A stretch of DNA of 63,192 nt, counting the filler, from Chiloscyllium plagiosum (taxonomy: Eukaryota): NCBI RefSeq assembly GCF_004010195.1. It is 4 parts of one record of this genome, joined end to end, with 100 filler letters (N's around TTAATTAATTAA, not from the genome) between each part and the next. Parts side by side here need not be neighbours in the genome. Positions count along the whole stretch, not along the records: positions 35,201 to 55,901 come from NC_057712.1; 3 more parts are not named here. One strand, given 5' to 3'. A model generated the notes under the pieces. It saw nothing but the letters and a program-made list of their open reading frames with translations, was not told the DNA's origin and ran no database searches. This document shows positions 35,516 through 48,283 of this stretch, in pieces. The translations under genes were made by a program, and so were the position numbers. The number at the start of each line of letters is the position of its first letter. Position 1 is the stretch's first letter.

Positions 35516-36577
35516 CGGGAGCTCAACTCCCACATTAGTTGAGGTTATCATGAAGGCCCTGCCTTGTTAGTCTTGCCCCTTCAGTAGAGGTGAGGTGACC
35601 TTCGGACTAAACTCATCACCAGCCATCCCTCTCGTAAGAGAGTGGTCCTCTTGAACGTCCTTACCTTGAGATGGAGGAGGTGGCTCTGTAGGCAACAGCT
35701 ATATTCTGAGAGCGTTTGTGAATAATTGCTCAAGAGTTGAATCAACTTTAGCTGAATACAGCATCTAAATGCCATCCAAAAAAATTTGGGGTTCATTTTA
35801 ATCTCAAGCAAAATGCATTGACTGGTCTGGGAAGTACAATTAGTGTTGAGGTAGGAGGAGTTGGTTGAGCTGGTGCACAATATTATTTAAACTGAATGCA
35901 AGGGCCGAGGTGGATGTTGGGGAAAGTTGTTTGATTTTTAAAAATTGTTTAACATTATGGATGCTCCCTTAAATGTAAATTATCTGCAGAAAGGATCTAA
36001 AGACGCCCCCATGACTGCACTTCATTTTCTATCACTGGATTTAACTGAGGCAGAACAATCCAGTATCCATTAACTAAGAATGCAGATCATCTGCTGGTAC
36101 TTAACTGCACGCGAGTCCAGGAGAGGCAGAGAGAAAACTGAGCCCATCAGCAGAATAGATTGGAAACAGCTCAGTTTGGTTTGCCAGCAGAATGTGTTTC
36201 TTAAGAAGTCTTGGTCCAGCTCTCACTGCTGAGCAATACTATCCATGATAATCCTGGCCTAAAGCAACATATTATGACACCCCTCCAGGCATTCTCCTCC
36301 AAAGGAAGGGACACCACCACAAGTGCCCCTGCATCCTGGTCTGAGTAATTTGAATCAACCTAATTTGGATCAAGCATAGTTGGGACTTGAAACCAGACAG
36401 AGGTCACTACCACAAGAGCCCAACAACTTTCTTTAAATCAATCTGTTCAGTTTTGCAAGGACTTACCTCTGGAACTTGTACTCTGTTCTCCTGGCTCATA
36501 GGTAGGGTCACTACCTCTGAACTACGCAAATGTTCTGTACTATCGTCGTTGATGTGCAGCTTATAATAGACCTTGAT

Positions 36578-36750
36578 GTCAAAAACAGTGGTGCTGGAAA
36601 GGCACAGCCGGTCAGGCAGCATCTGAGGAGCAGGAAAATCGACATTTCGGGCATCAGTTCTTCAACAGGAATGACCTGACTGGCTGTACGTTTCTAACAC
36701 CACAATTTTTGTCTCTGATCTCCAGCATCTGCAGTCCTCACTTTCTCCTC
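36578..36750. mobile_element. PLE inverted terminal-repeat pair (family A), decayed
   Basis: Reverse arm followed by a forward arm ending ctgcagtcctcactttctcc. Confidence 0.75.
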
Positions 36751-37670
36751 ATTGATCTTAATGTGCCTAACTAACGGAGTGGAATAATTGCCATGGTAAT
36801 CACCACCGAGTGCTATCTGGTAGAACTTGCTGCCAAGGTCTAAAGTTGATCGTGACTCTGTGCAATCATGCAAAGTGATGATGACCCATTTCACATCTCT
36901 GTTTACATTTCACGTCAGCCTTGATTAATTTGAAAACTAAGCTTTGTTACAATACACGAATGGTTCTCCTATAACTACAAGTTGTTTATTTATATCCCCG
37001 ACATCAAATCATTGTTCTTGAAAGTCTCCAACAATGTCCACACACTGATCCTTGTGAACTCTCTTCTAAGACAATAACAGCCACTCCAAAGTAATTCTTT
37101 ACATTTGGAATATTTTATGATGTTTCTGGGTCTTTTGTCAAGCTCCTGTAAGATCTCACAAAATTGTGAGACTTATCTCGAACGTTTCACAGCTCATTAT
37201 AGTTTGGATCAATTTTAACACAACCTTAAAATGCAAGTCATTAGAATGTGGGCATTACCGACTAAGTCCTTAAGACCATAAGACACAGGAGTAGAAATTA
37301 AGCCATTCGGTCCATCAAGCCTGCTTCGCCATTCAATCATGGCTGATCAAAGTCAGCATTTCTTGCTCATCCTGAAACGCCCAGAGGAATGTACGAAGTC
37401 AACTACATTGCTAGGGGTCTGAAGTCATATGTAGGTCAGACCAGGCCAGGATGACAGAGGTCTTTTCTAGAGGCCATTATTTTTTACTATAAATAACAGA
37501 GGTTATATTTAATCCTGTTCTTCATTCCAGATTTCTATTGAACTGAAATTTCATCATCTGCCATGGTCGGATTCCAATCCATGGTCCCAAACTATTTCCT
37601 TGGGGTTGTGGAATACTAGGCCAGTGACATTACCACTACATCACCATATCCTTGCCAGAAATCACATTAA

Positions 37671-37975
37671 GGTGGCTGGGTGGCTCAGTGGTTAGCACTG
37701 CTGTCTCAGTGTCAGGGGCCCGGGTTTGATTCCAGCCTCGAGCGACTGCCTGTGCGGAGTTTGCACATTCTCCCCGTGTCTGCTTGGATTTCCTCCCACA
37801 GTCCAAAAATGTGGAGGTTAGGGTGGATTGGCTTTGGGAAATTGCCCATAGTTTTCAGGGATGTGTCGGTTAGGTGAATTAGTTAGGGGAAAAGTAGGGT
37901 AATGGGTCTGGGTTTGATACTCTTTGGAGGGTGGGTGCAGACTTGTTGGGCTGAAGGGTCTGTTTCCACATTGTA
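37671..37975 (+). mobile_element. HE1-type V-SINE
   Basis: Homologous to 4642-4992. Confidence 0.9.
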
Positions 37976-38079
37976 GTAATGGTAAAGGCACTTTTACCAA
38001 AAGAAATGTAATGACAAGTATTGTGTTGGAGGTTGGGTGGGTTATGACACTGGATTCTTTTCCTCTAGGGCCTGGGTTT

Positions 38080-38117
38080 GAATCCTGAAGAAGGGCTTAT
38101 GCCCGAAACGTCGATTC
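38080..38117 (+). ncRNA. Minimal type I hammerhead ribozyme motif
   Basis: GAAUC-CUGAAGA-A-GGGC(UUAU)GCCC-GAAACGUC-GAUUC: 5-bp helix I, intact core, 4-bp helix II, palindromic ACGU, GUC triplet. Confidence 0.65.
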
Positions 38118-38173
38118 TCCTGTTCCTTGGATGCTGCCTGACCTGCTGTGCTTTTCCAGCAACACATTTTCAG
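38085..38173 (+). mobile_element. 89-bp PLE terminal-repeat insertion with perfect 13-bp TSD, inside an old SINE head
   Basis: CTGGGTTTGAATC at 38072-38084 and 38174-38186. Confidence 0.9.
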
Positions 38174-38539
38174 CTGGGTTTGAATCTAGCCCAGACAGAT
38201 AAAGTGAAAGTTTACTTCTTCTGTTCCAAATGAGGAAGGTTTATGTCAAGTCAATCCCACTCCAAGCGGATGTGGACCCATTAGCAAGGTCTATTGTAAC
38301 ATCCAGACAACCTTGCTCAGAGGCTTTGCAAAGATAAAGGATTCAAAAACTTCATTCTAGTTTAGAATTGAAAAGAAAACAGAGAGAGTTTTTAATCTGT
38401 AGCAGCCTGTGTTATCTGTGGCTTGCATTATTCAATGCCAACATTGAGTCACTTAGTTTCGACAATCCTCATCCTTAGTAAGCATAAAATTCACAAAAAA
38501 TATTGTCTTCCATCACTGACAAGTTTTTAACCATCATAA

Positions 38540-38995
38540 AGAGTCATGGAGTCATAAAGATGTACAGCACGGAAATGGACCCTTCGGTCCACGTTGTCTA
38601 TGCCAACCAGATATCCCAACCCAATCTAGTCCCACATGCCAGCACCCGGCCCATATCCCTCCAAACTCTTCCTATTCATATACCCATCCAAATGCCTTTT
38701 AAATGTTGCAATTTGTGCCAGCCTCCACCACATCCGCTGGCAGCTCATTCCATACACGTACCACCCTCTGTGTGAAAAAGTTGCCGGTCTCTTTTATATC
38801 TTTCCCCTCTCACCCTAAACCTATGCCCTCTAGTTCTGGACTCCTCTAGCCCAGGGAAAAGACTTTATCTATTTACTCTATCCATGCCACTCATAATTTT
38901 GTAAACCTCTATAAGGTCACCCCTCAGCCTCCGACACTCCAGGGGAAACAGCCCCATCCTGTTCAGCCTCTCCCCATAGCTCAAATCCTCCTACC
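38540..38995 (-). mobile_element. CR1 LINE 3' fragment
   Basis: Reverse complement of the family at 8220-8607. Confidence 0.9.
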
Positions 38996-39324
38996 TTGCT
39001 GATGGGCAGGTGAGAAATTGTCTCCTCCAGTGTTGCTTGAGCCAAGAGGAAGAATGGTACAGATGCTGGAATGTTCTACTGTCAGGGGGCTCATCATGAG
39101 TATTTTGTAAGACTGACAGTTAGCCCCATCAGCACCATGACCATACAGCAGTACACAGCTTTGTACCTATTTTGTTCCTGGAAATGTTCTTGCTCTGGGG
39201 TTACTTTTGGCTGTCTTGAACACGCTGCTCCTTTTGAAACTCTGAGAAGCATTCCACGAACAAAAAAGGGGTAAATCAATGTTTTACCCATTCCACAGCT
39301 TCGTTAGTGTGTTTCATGATGAAT

Positions 39325-39591
39325 AAGAGAAGGTACAGAAGCCTGAACACATGCACCAGCCAGTTTCAAAAGAGTTTCAACTCTATTGTTATTAGAATAC
39401 TGAATGGACTCACAAACTCTTAACATTCGCCTGTACCTGTGTTTTTGTTTTTGCCGCTGTTTGCCTATTATTTACTTATCTGTGCTACTCAACTCTGTGA
39501 TCTGCCTGAATTGCTTGCAAGACAAAGCTTCTCACTGTGCCTTGGTACACGTGACAATAAATTCAATTCAATTCAATTCAATTCAATTCAA
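39325..39591 (+). mobile_element. Rex1/Babar LINE 3' end with (AATTC)n tail
   Basis: RRYRSLNTCTS.. and SIVIRILNG, the Rex1 C-terminal pattern; gtgacaataaa(ttcaa)n. Confidence 0.8.
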
Positions 39592-40564
39592 TGTAACTGT
39601 TCCATCCCCCAAATCTTTTGAGCTTTCTTGTTCTCAAAATATATTCTCCTCTTTTTAAAGGTAGTTTATGGTGAACTACAGATGATCGAACTAAATAGCA
39701 TGGCAGGTTCAAGCAGCTGAATTCTCTGCCTTTGATTAATCAGTAAGAGCTGAAACATTAGTGGCATCGTCCTTACCTCTGAATCAGGCAGCCCAGGCTC
39801 ATGTCCTATTGCTCAAGAGGTAGGTAGTAACACCACTGAACAGTTTGATTAGAAAATATCTTACTGTCTCTATCACTGGCAAAGCATTGCAGCAATGTGT
39901 ACTATCTACGTGACTGCATTGCAACAAAAAAGCCAAGGTTTCTTTGGTAGCACATCCCAAACCTACAACTTCTTACCATCCAGTTAGGAGGAAAGGCGGC
40001 ACAGGAGAATATACTCTGTCCCCCCCAGACCCCCTGCTTTGTCACACACCATCCTGACTAGGAATTATATCACTGTTCCATTACTGTCACTGCATCAAAC
40101 ATCTTCCAACCTAACAGAAATATGGTCAGACTTTCACCACACAAATGGCAGCGTTTCAAGACGTTGGCTCACCACCACCAGTTATCCATGTATAATTAAT
40201 GCTGGCCTTCCCAGTGACAGGCACAGCTGCGGGTGAATAGAGAGGAAATAAAAATTCCCGCTCTTAAGTATATAGGAAATAGAAGTAAGCCGATTGGGGA
40301 ATATAGCCACAGGTGCACATAAAGCAAAAAAATGCCAAGCTTTTGTGCTGTGTTAATTGGTCTAAGCCGGGATGACAGAAGAGGTACACAGCAGGCTTCA
40401 GTATCTCTCGCTTGATATGTGAATTTTGCTTCGAGTTCCAACCCTGGCCAAAATGTGTGGGAATACTGGATGAGAAAGAACATGCTTAAATCATGACCTC
40501 TATTGGCACTGACTGTTAAGCCCAATAGTTGAACAAAACAGTAGAAGGAAGTGAGCAGAGGGGG

Positions 40565-40800
40565 CCAATCTTTAACTCAGTTGGTGGCACTGTCACACCT
40601 CTGAGCAAGAAAACAATGGGTTCAAATCCCATTTTCAGGACTTGAGCACACATGCAGGCTAACAGTTCAGTGAAGTACTGAGGAAGTGCTCCATTTTCAG
40701 AGATGCTGCCTTTTGGATGAGACATTAATCAAACAGAGAACTTCCCCCTCAGCCCTCTTGAAGGTACATAAAAGAGTTTAAAGCACTATCAAAGCAAAAA
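40565..40800 (+). mobile_element. SacSINE1/Deu-like SINE 5' part
   Basis: cctctgag..tgggttcaaatcccat..gacttgagcaca..gtactgaggaagtgct..ttggatgagacattaa. Confidence 0.6.
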
Positions 40801-42365
40801 CTTTGTCTGATATGTGTGAAGTAACATTTGCACATGTAGGATTAGGCCATGACCATTTCCGAAAAGCAAGAATCTAATCATTGCCCCTTGCTACTTAATG
40901 GCATTACCATTACTGAATTTCCCACTGTCAATATCTGCAGGTTACCATTGACCAGAAATGAACTGGATCAGCTATTAGAGTACTTCAATAGCAGGTCAGA
41001 TGCTGGGAATTCTTTGGCAAACACTCACCTGCTTTGTCTCCAATACCTACCCACCATCTATAAGTCACAATGCAGGAGTGTAATCGCATAGATTCCGTTT
41101 GCCTAGATGGGTCCAACTCCAACAAGATACTCGACATACCAGCAACATACCAGCCCGTTCACAGGAGCATTCAGGGATAGGAAATTACTGCTGGTTTAGC
41201 CAGTGACACCCACATCCCTTGAATGAACAGAAGAAATGCATTTGCTGTTCTTGTCCTTCTAGGTGGTAGAGGTTACAGATGCGAACTGCATGGTTTAAGG
41301 AAGCATAGTGACTTGCTGTCATCTGTCTGACTGATGTCACTGCACATCATTAGTCGACAAAGTGAATGTTGACATGGGGCTTCTCACCAAAGAGAGTAGA
41401 GCAGACCTTGGTTTATCATCTAATTTGAAATTCCACCCTTCCAAAAATAGGTTATGGGGATCAGCCGTGATCTTATTGAATGGCAGGATGGACTTGATGA
41501 GCTGAATAATGTACCTCAGCTCCTATATTTTATAGTGTTATTGACTGCTCCTTTGGTACTGCTCTGGAGAGTTAGGCTGATTAATGGATTCAGTCAGTCG
41601 GATGGGACTTGAGCTCTCAATGTTGCAACACGAGAAATGGCTGAGAAGCAAAAAGATTGGAACAATGCTGAAAGATTGGTTTGGAGAGGGGTGAGGATGA
41701 TGGTGAACAGAAGGAGGTACAGGATGATTGTGCACCAGACTGCCCTTGAACATGTCCTGGCAACATGTTTCAGAATTCCTTTGGTGGGAGACTTAGACAT
41801 GGTCACGAGCAACTTGAGGGAATTGGGAAGAGAAAAGGAAGAGGATGACTAAAACAAAACAGCTGGAAAACCACTGAGAGGAGGGACCAAGTCAGCAGAG
41901 GTGGTAGCTGGACAGGGTTGGGGGGGGGGGGGGGGGGTAAAGAGGAATTTGGTTCAGAGATGCAGCAAGTACTAATCTGGTTTACTTCTAATTGCATGCC
42001 AGCAGCGGTATGTGGGCTTGAAGCTTGTCCAATCACCGTCATCCACTGTGTCACATTTCCATTCCCAAGACTTTCCACCTAAGTTATTCACAGCTGTAGC
42101 TGCCAAAGCCCTAAGTTAAACAGAAGCCGTTTTGTTGAGTCTCATGCACCTCTGGGACTGGACCAAGGTTACAAAGGCTCAATTCATTTGTGATTAATAT
42201 TTTGTAAGGTTTTTGCAAAAATATTTTCTCAGTTTCCGTTATTTGGGCTGAATCCAAACCAGACTCTCCAGAGGTAAGACATGTTACACAATACTTGCCT
42301 CTGTACCATTGCGTATTATACATGTACCGATAAACTATACCACCCACACCCCCTCTAAAAGGGAC

Positions 42366-42367
<2 letters not shown>

Positions 42368-42409
<42 letters not shown>
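42368..42409. repeat. (AC)n microsatellite (also 54382-54404; poly-G at 41919-41937 and 54013-54026)
   Basis: Direct. Confidence 0.95.
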
Positions 42410-42410
<1 letters not shown>

Positions 42411-45400
42411 CCTAGATCAAGGTGGATTTGTATTTGAATTTTATTTATTTCTTCAAAGTGCTTCTGCTGAGTCAGCAGAGACAAATGTCAATATTCCAAT
42501 ATTTCAGTGGTCAGCATGAGTTAACCAGACACAGTTCACTGGCATGTTAGTCAGCTGCTAAAGTGTAGAGTTGACAGACACTGGGATTTTGTCTTTTTAT
42601 CCCCAGATCTTTCATCCTCCTACAAGCAAAATAACCCCTTCCCTTCATTGATTGAGATCCTGTCTGATGCAAAATAAAACACATCCAAAATGATTTATAA
42701 TCTATCGGGTGATAAAGAGATTCACAGCCATGTCCCCACCCAACTCCACACTAAGATTCCTGATTTTTGTTGCCTTTCAGTAATGGGCTTTACAATGACA
42801 GTGAAGAGCTGACTTCCTGATCGACTCCAGCCCATCTGGCACAGATAAATGCAAGCCAAAGTCCAATGGAGGCCTCGGGTGATTTTGACTCAGCCACAGT
42901 GAAGGAATGGTGATATAATCCAATTCCGGATGGCATGAAGCTTGGAGGTGAACTTGCATGTTCTCGGTTGTCACATGCTTGGTGCCACGTTTCCTTTCAT
43001 TCCCATTTGCTCGGGCTTGGTAGTTTTGCCTGGTATCACAGGCAGTCAACTCTTCACTTCTTGATTTCAGCTGAATTCCCCATGCTCAGACCGAGACAAC
43101 TGTAAGATCAGGATCGGAGTGGTCCTGAACCAAACCTCAGCTCGCAGGTTAATAATGAGTAAAGGTAAAGTTGGCGCAGGGCTGCTCTCTCATTAGAGAG
43201 AGACTGATGGTGGTCACCACACCTCAGGTGGAGGTTGTGAGAAGGAGAGTCCTTTATGGTGACCTCAGCTGGTGCAGGAATTAACCCATGCTGCTGGCAT
43301 CATACTGTATCATATCCCAGCTGGTTAGCTGAATCAGCGCAAGGTGGAGGAACTGTTTCCAACACCTTCAATTACTTTACCAGTGATTGAGAGTAGACCA
43401 ATAGGCTGGTAAGTAGACAGGTTGGATTTGTCCTACTTTTTGTGGGCAGGTCAGACCCTGGGCAATCTTGTACAAGCAGATGTCAGTGTTGAAGCTTGAT
43501 TCCATGGTCGTCAATCTGCTAGCCTCCTAAAAATCTACCAGTCCCAGTTTTTAAATTTTTAAAATTGACACCTAGGCTCAAACAGCTTTTTAGGGAGCAG
43601 AGCTCCAGATTTCCAGCACCATTCCTGTAAAGAGGTATTACCTGCTATCATCCCATGGACTGTGTTGCTCTAATTGGTTAATCCCTGAGTTCTGGACTTC
43701 CTCCACCAAAGGAATTATTTCTTTGATCGAACCTATCAATTCTTAAACATCTGAAACATCTGAACTCGGACCTGATTTATCTATTCTTTTAAGTCTGCTT
43801 TGTCCCTTCATCTTGAGTGAATAAAAAAATCATATATCTGACTGGTGAAGAAAAATTACAGAGCAAATCAAAAAATGATGTTCATTTATCAGTTTAATGA
43901 GGCATTCCACTGAAGGATTGCTGGCTTGCAGTCTTGGAGTTCTTGCTTAGTAAACATTCAGATCTGACCTCATCTCTAAGTCATTTAACTACTGCTTGGA
44001 GTATTTATATATTTAAAAAAACAAAGTTAAGAAATCAAGATCAAAGTTCAAGGCCCACATCATCCAGACATTGCTACGGCTGAATCGAGTAAAAATGAAA
44101 AGATAATTCAGGAAGCAAACATTAGCTGAGTTTAGTTTAAGAATAGTTATAGATTGCTGGGAGAAGGGAGGGTTGGGGAGGTTAGACGTGCTCCAGGGTT
44201 ATGAGGTCTTGTGGGGAATTAAAGTGAGACTATTTGATGAATTGCACTTTTTTTTTAACCAGGGCTTAGTTGATAGCAATCCCTGTGAGTTCAAGCTCGC
44301 CTTCAAAAATGCTGAACACCTAACCAAAGCTGACACACTGCAGTGAGGAGACAATGTTGCATCAGTGGAGATGATTAAATCAGTGCAGCATAAAGAGACT
44401 GGTGGCAGCAGGACTTCAAATCAAACACTCACTATTTTCTAATTTACCTTTCCAATGATGTGACTGTCGTTGGCTTGGCCCGAAACTGTTGCCCATTCCC
44501 AACTGCCCTGGAGGTGCTGGTAAGTCACCTTGCTGATCTGCTGCAATCACAGCCACAAAGCTGTCAAGAAGGGAATTCCCAAATTTTCACCTGGCAACTG
44601 TGAAGGAGGAATAATGTAACTCCAAGTCCAGATGGTGCTTGTGGCTTGGAGGCTATGGCGCTCCCCTGTGTTAGTTGCCCTCATCACTGAGTGGTAACAT
44701 CATGGGTTCGGAAGGTGCTGTCAAAGGAATCATGGTAAGGTACTGGAGTGCAAATAGTACATACTGCTGTCAATCTGTGTTGACGATGTGAATGTTGGAA
44801 GTGGTGGATGGGGTGCCATTCAGTGGGTTGCTTTGTTCTGGGTGGTGTTAAACCTCTCGAGTGTTGTTGGATTTCCACACTCTGACCTACCTATTCCTGT
44901 AGCATCAGTAATTATATGGCTGCTCCACATCAGTTTCTATACAATGCTAACCTGCAGGCTGATGATCATCATTGATAAGCCACAGGTCCTAGTTATACAT
45001 CATACAAAGAGGAACACAAGAAAGCACAGTGAGTCAAGGAGTGGGTGGTGGCCAGCTGCAGATGCAAATGCACAGAAACCTGTTTTGTGTGGCACTAATG
45101 CAAGAGTCTTTAACAATCTTGCAGGTAGCACATTTCTGTAATGTGAACCATTTTCAGCCCTCAGATATCTGTGTTACACCTATAAAATGGGTGCAGCACA
45201 ATTCCATTTCTAATCTACCATATTAAGTTCGTCCTCCAGTCACCAAAATAGATTGGTGTAAGAGATCAAGTGGCTCTAACTGAAGAAGATGAGGGAGTTC
45301 TCGACATGTGTTCCTCCACCATCAGTACGAAGAACTCACATTGCTATTTAAGGGACCTTGCTGTACTGGCTGCCTTATTTGCCAAAGCAACAGGGAACAG

Positions 45401-47982
45401 ACTTCCAGTGGAATGTGATTAGCCATAAAGAGCTTTGGAATATTCAGGAGAAAGAACTTCTTCTACCAACAAAGATAGAAGAAGCAGCATTGAAGGACTT
45501 GCCTTCTTCCTGTCTGATAAAACGTAGAATACACAAGAAAGATAGTGACAGAGGTAGAGGGATGGGAGCTGGGTGAGGAAGGAGTACCTAACAAACATCA
45601 TTTTCCTTGAATCCTGACCATGAATGTAACGGTGTTGCCTGAAAAGCATTGACAGTTGCTAGAGTTTAAGCCAAATCTTGTACCTACTTATGCTTTTGAG
45701 ATGTTAAGGAGAACAGAAGTATCTCACTCTTTGGGAGAGGAGACATATACTAATTGGCTTATCTATGAAGAGGAACACCTATAAGCATTACAGGACCACC
45801 CTTAGGGTCAATGCGTAGTAGCACAATCTATTTGTACAAGAATTTTTGCAGAAGCTGCAGAGTTGGTCATATTTTTAAGGAAAGTGCATTCTGGAAAGTA
45901 TTCCAGAGTGAGCTTAAGTTAAAGACAAGAGAAAGAATGTTTCATTCAACTAAGAATGCCAGGGCTCAATTTCCCTTTTCTTAAAGAGAAAGGACTACTA
46001 GCCACTCTGATATAAGTCTGCCTACTGAAACCACAAATGCTTTCACTGCAGGTTCTACAATTAACTTTCGTCCATTCTGAAAACAAACCAAATTCCTCCC
46101 TTATTCCAAAGGAAGTCAAAGCACTGAACAGTCACCATCTTAATTTGTTTACATTACATTGCAACTTACAGGACAGCACTGTGCTTGTAACATGATGCTG
46201 TTCTTTTTTTTAAGTGACTCTGGCTGCATTTGTTGGGAGTTAAAAATCAAAAATATTGCTGTGGGTCTGGAGTTACATATAGACGGGGTGAGGATGGCGT
46301 CACCTTTTATTCCTAAAAGGGCATTAGTCAACCAGATAGGTTATTAGGACAATTGACAATGATTACATGGTTGCCATTAGGCCTTTCATTTAATTGATTT
46401 TAAATTTCACCGTCTGCCACTGTAGGATGCAAACCCAATGTCTCCCAAGGGTTAGTATGTGGTTCTGGATTACTAACCCAGTGACATTACCACTGCGCTG
46501 TTGTCTGATGACCATTGAAACTCTTCAATTAAAAAAAAGGGGTTTCCCTAAATTACAGCATTGTCCAAATACTACAATGTGTATACATCACCACCACACC
46601 ATACACACACACAGCACTGAAAGAAACTCAACTATTATCACTTTATTTGCCTTTTGCTCCATGACTATTTTGTCGTTAAATCTATTCCTGACTCGTCCTT
46701 TTGTTTTTAACTCTTTCTACAGCATTAAACCCTCATTTCTACCATCCTTCAGTTCCGTTAAAGAGTCATATTCAATACAAAGTAATAATCCCATTTCTCA
46801 CCACCAGTGATGCTGCCAGACCTGCTAAATTTTCCAGCACTTTGTTTTTGAGTCAGATTTCCAACACCTGCAGTCTTTTGTTTCTGTACAAGAAACTTTG
46901 ACGTGCATACCAAGACTAAGTTCAGCCACGTGGAAAACCAGGCTTGTGTTATCCTGTGCCAGCATTTTCTGGTTTTGCATGCTTTCAATGTGTAGGCCAC
47001 TTACTAGGAACAAACCCATAACATCATATCTGCCTGAAGACACATTGGCAACATAGTAACAGAACTGATTACTTCTGGGGTTCTCGTGACACTACAGGTG
47101 CAGCAGTCATTGTGATTATTGACAGGCCTGATTCGTTTTTCCTGCTGATGTGCTTATTTTACAAAAATGATCAAACTATTCTAACCAGGAAGGCCAGCAA
47201 CAAGCAATGAAAGGATATACTTGCTCTCACCAGTGTTTTGCATGTGTAAACACTGGTTGCAATGGGCTGGTTAAAAAAATGTTTGGAGAGCTTTACAGGC
47301 TAGACAGGCTTTCCAAAGACTCTGACATAATTATCTGTTATTGAATATTACCTCTTTTGGAGGAAAAACAGTCAGGCTATTTGGAGAATGTGGACCTGTG
47401 TGCAAGGTTCAGCAATAGCATCAGACCTTGCCCTACACCAACCTCCTTCGGAGCACTAGATCTCTGAAACTACGCACAAAGTTTCGTTGAAAGATGCCAA
47501 AAAAGGACAAGTTATTAAGTTTACAAATGAATGGAGTTTATTTTTCTTTTTGAGATGAAATAGGTATTTGATACTTCGGATGATTTGAAGCAGATTCATC
47601 AAGAGTTGGTTGGAGACATTGCTGATGCACATATTTTCAAACTGAGAAGTCCCAAATTCCAATGTGTTTTGGAGGAATAGGCAATTGTCCACACTAGTAG
47701 GTTTCTATCCAGGATGTTCATGTCCTAGCTCTGGAGGTCAAGGGTCATGGCGAAATGGGTGCAATTCTCATCCCCACTTGGGAATTAGGAAGAAGGTGTC
47801 TGGACATTGCCTCTTGGGAAAGAAAGTCAGCATAACCCCTTAATGTCACTTGTGCTTTCAGTGTAAATTGAACATTTGTGAGGAGATTTGTTCATGTAGC
47901 TCACTTCAATGATATAATTGAGAATCATTTTATCAGGTGCAGAGGTTGTGAACCCAAACCTGTTACCTGCCCCTCAACACCA

Positions 47983-48283
47983 GGGGCGGCACGATGGCAC
48001 AGTGGCTAGCACTGCTGCCTCACAGCGCCAGAGACTGGATTCAATTCCCGCCTCGGGCAACTGTCTGTGTGGAGTTTGCACATTCTCCCCGTGCCTGTAT
48101 GGGTTTCCTCCGGGTGCTTCAGTTTCCTCCCACAGTCCAAAGATGTGCAGGTTAGGTGAATTGGCCATTCTAAATTGCCCGTAGCGTTAGGTATAGGGGA
48201 ATGGGTCTGGGAGCGTTGCTCTTCCGAGGGTCGGTATGGACTTGTTGGGCCGAAGGGCCTGTTTCCACACTGTAAGTAATCTA
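47983..48283 (+). mobile_element. HE1-type V-SINE
   Basis: Homologous to 25641-25950. Confidence 0.9.

Noticed and set aside
41594..41812. Small minus ORF with a hydrophobic segment
   Set aside because: No recognisable homology; may be decayed LINE sequence or chance.
47221..47262. Hairpin containing TGTAAACA (miR-30 seed-like)
   Set aside because: Stem too short for a pre-miRNA, and the rest does not match miR-30.
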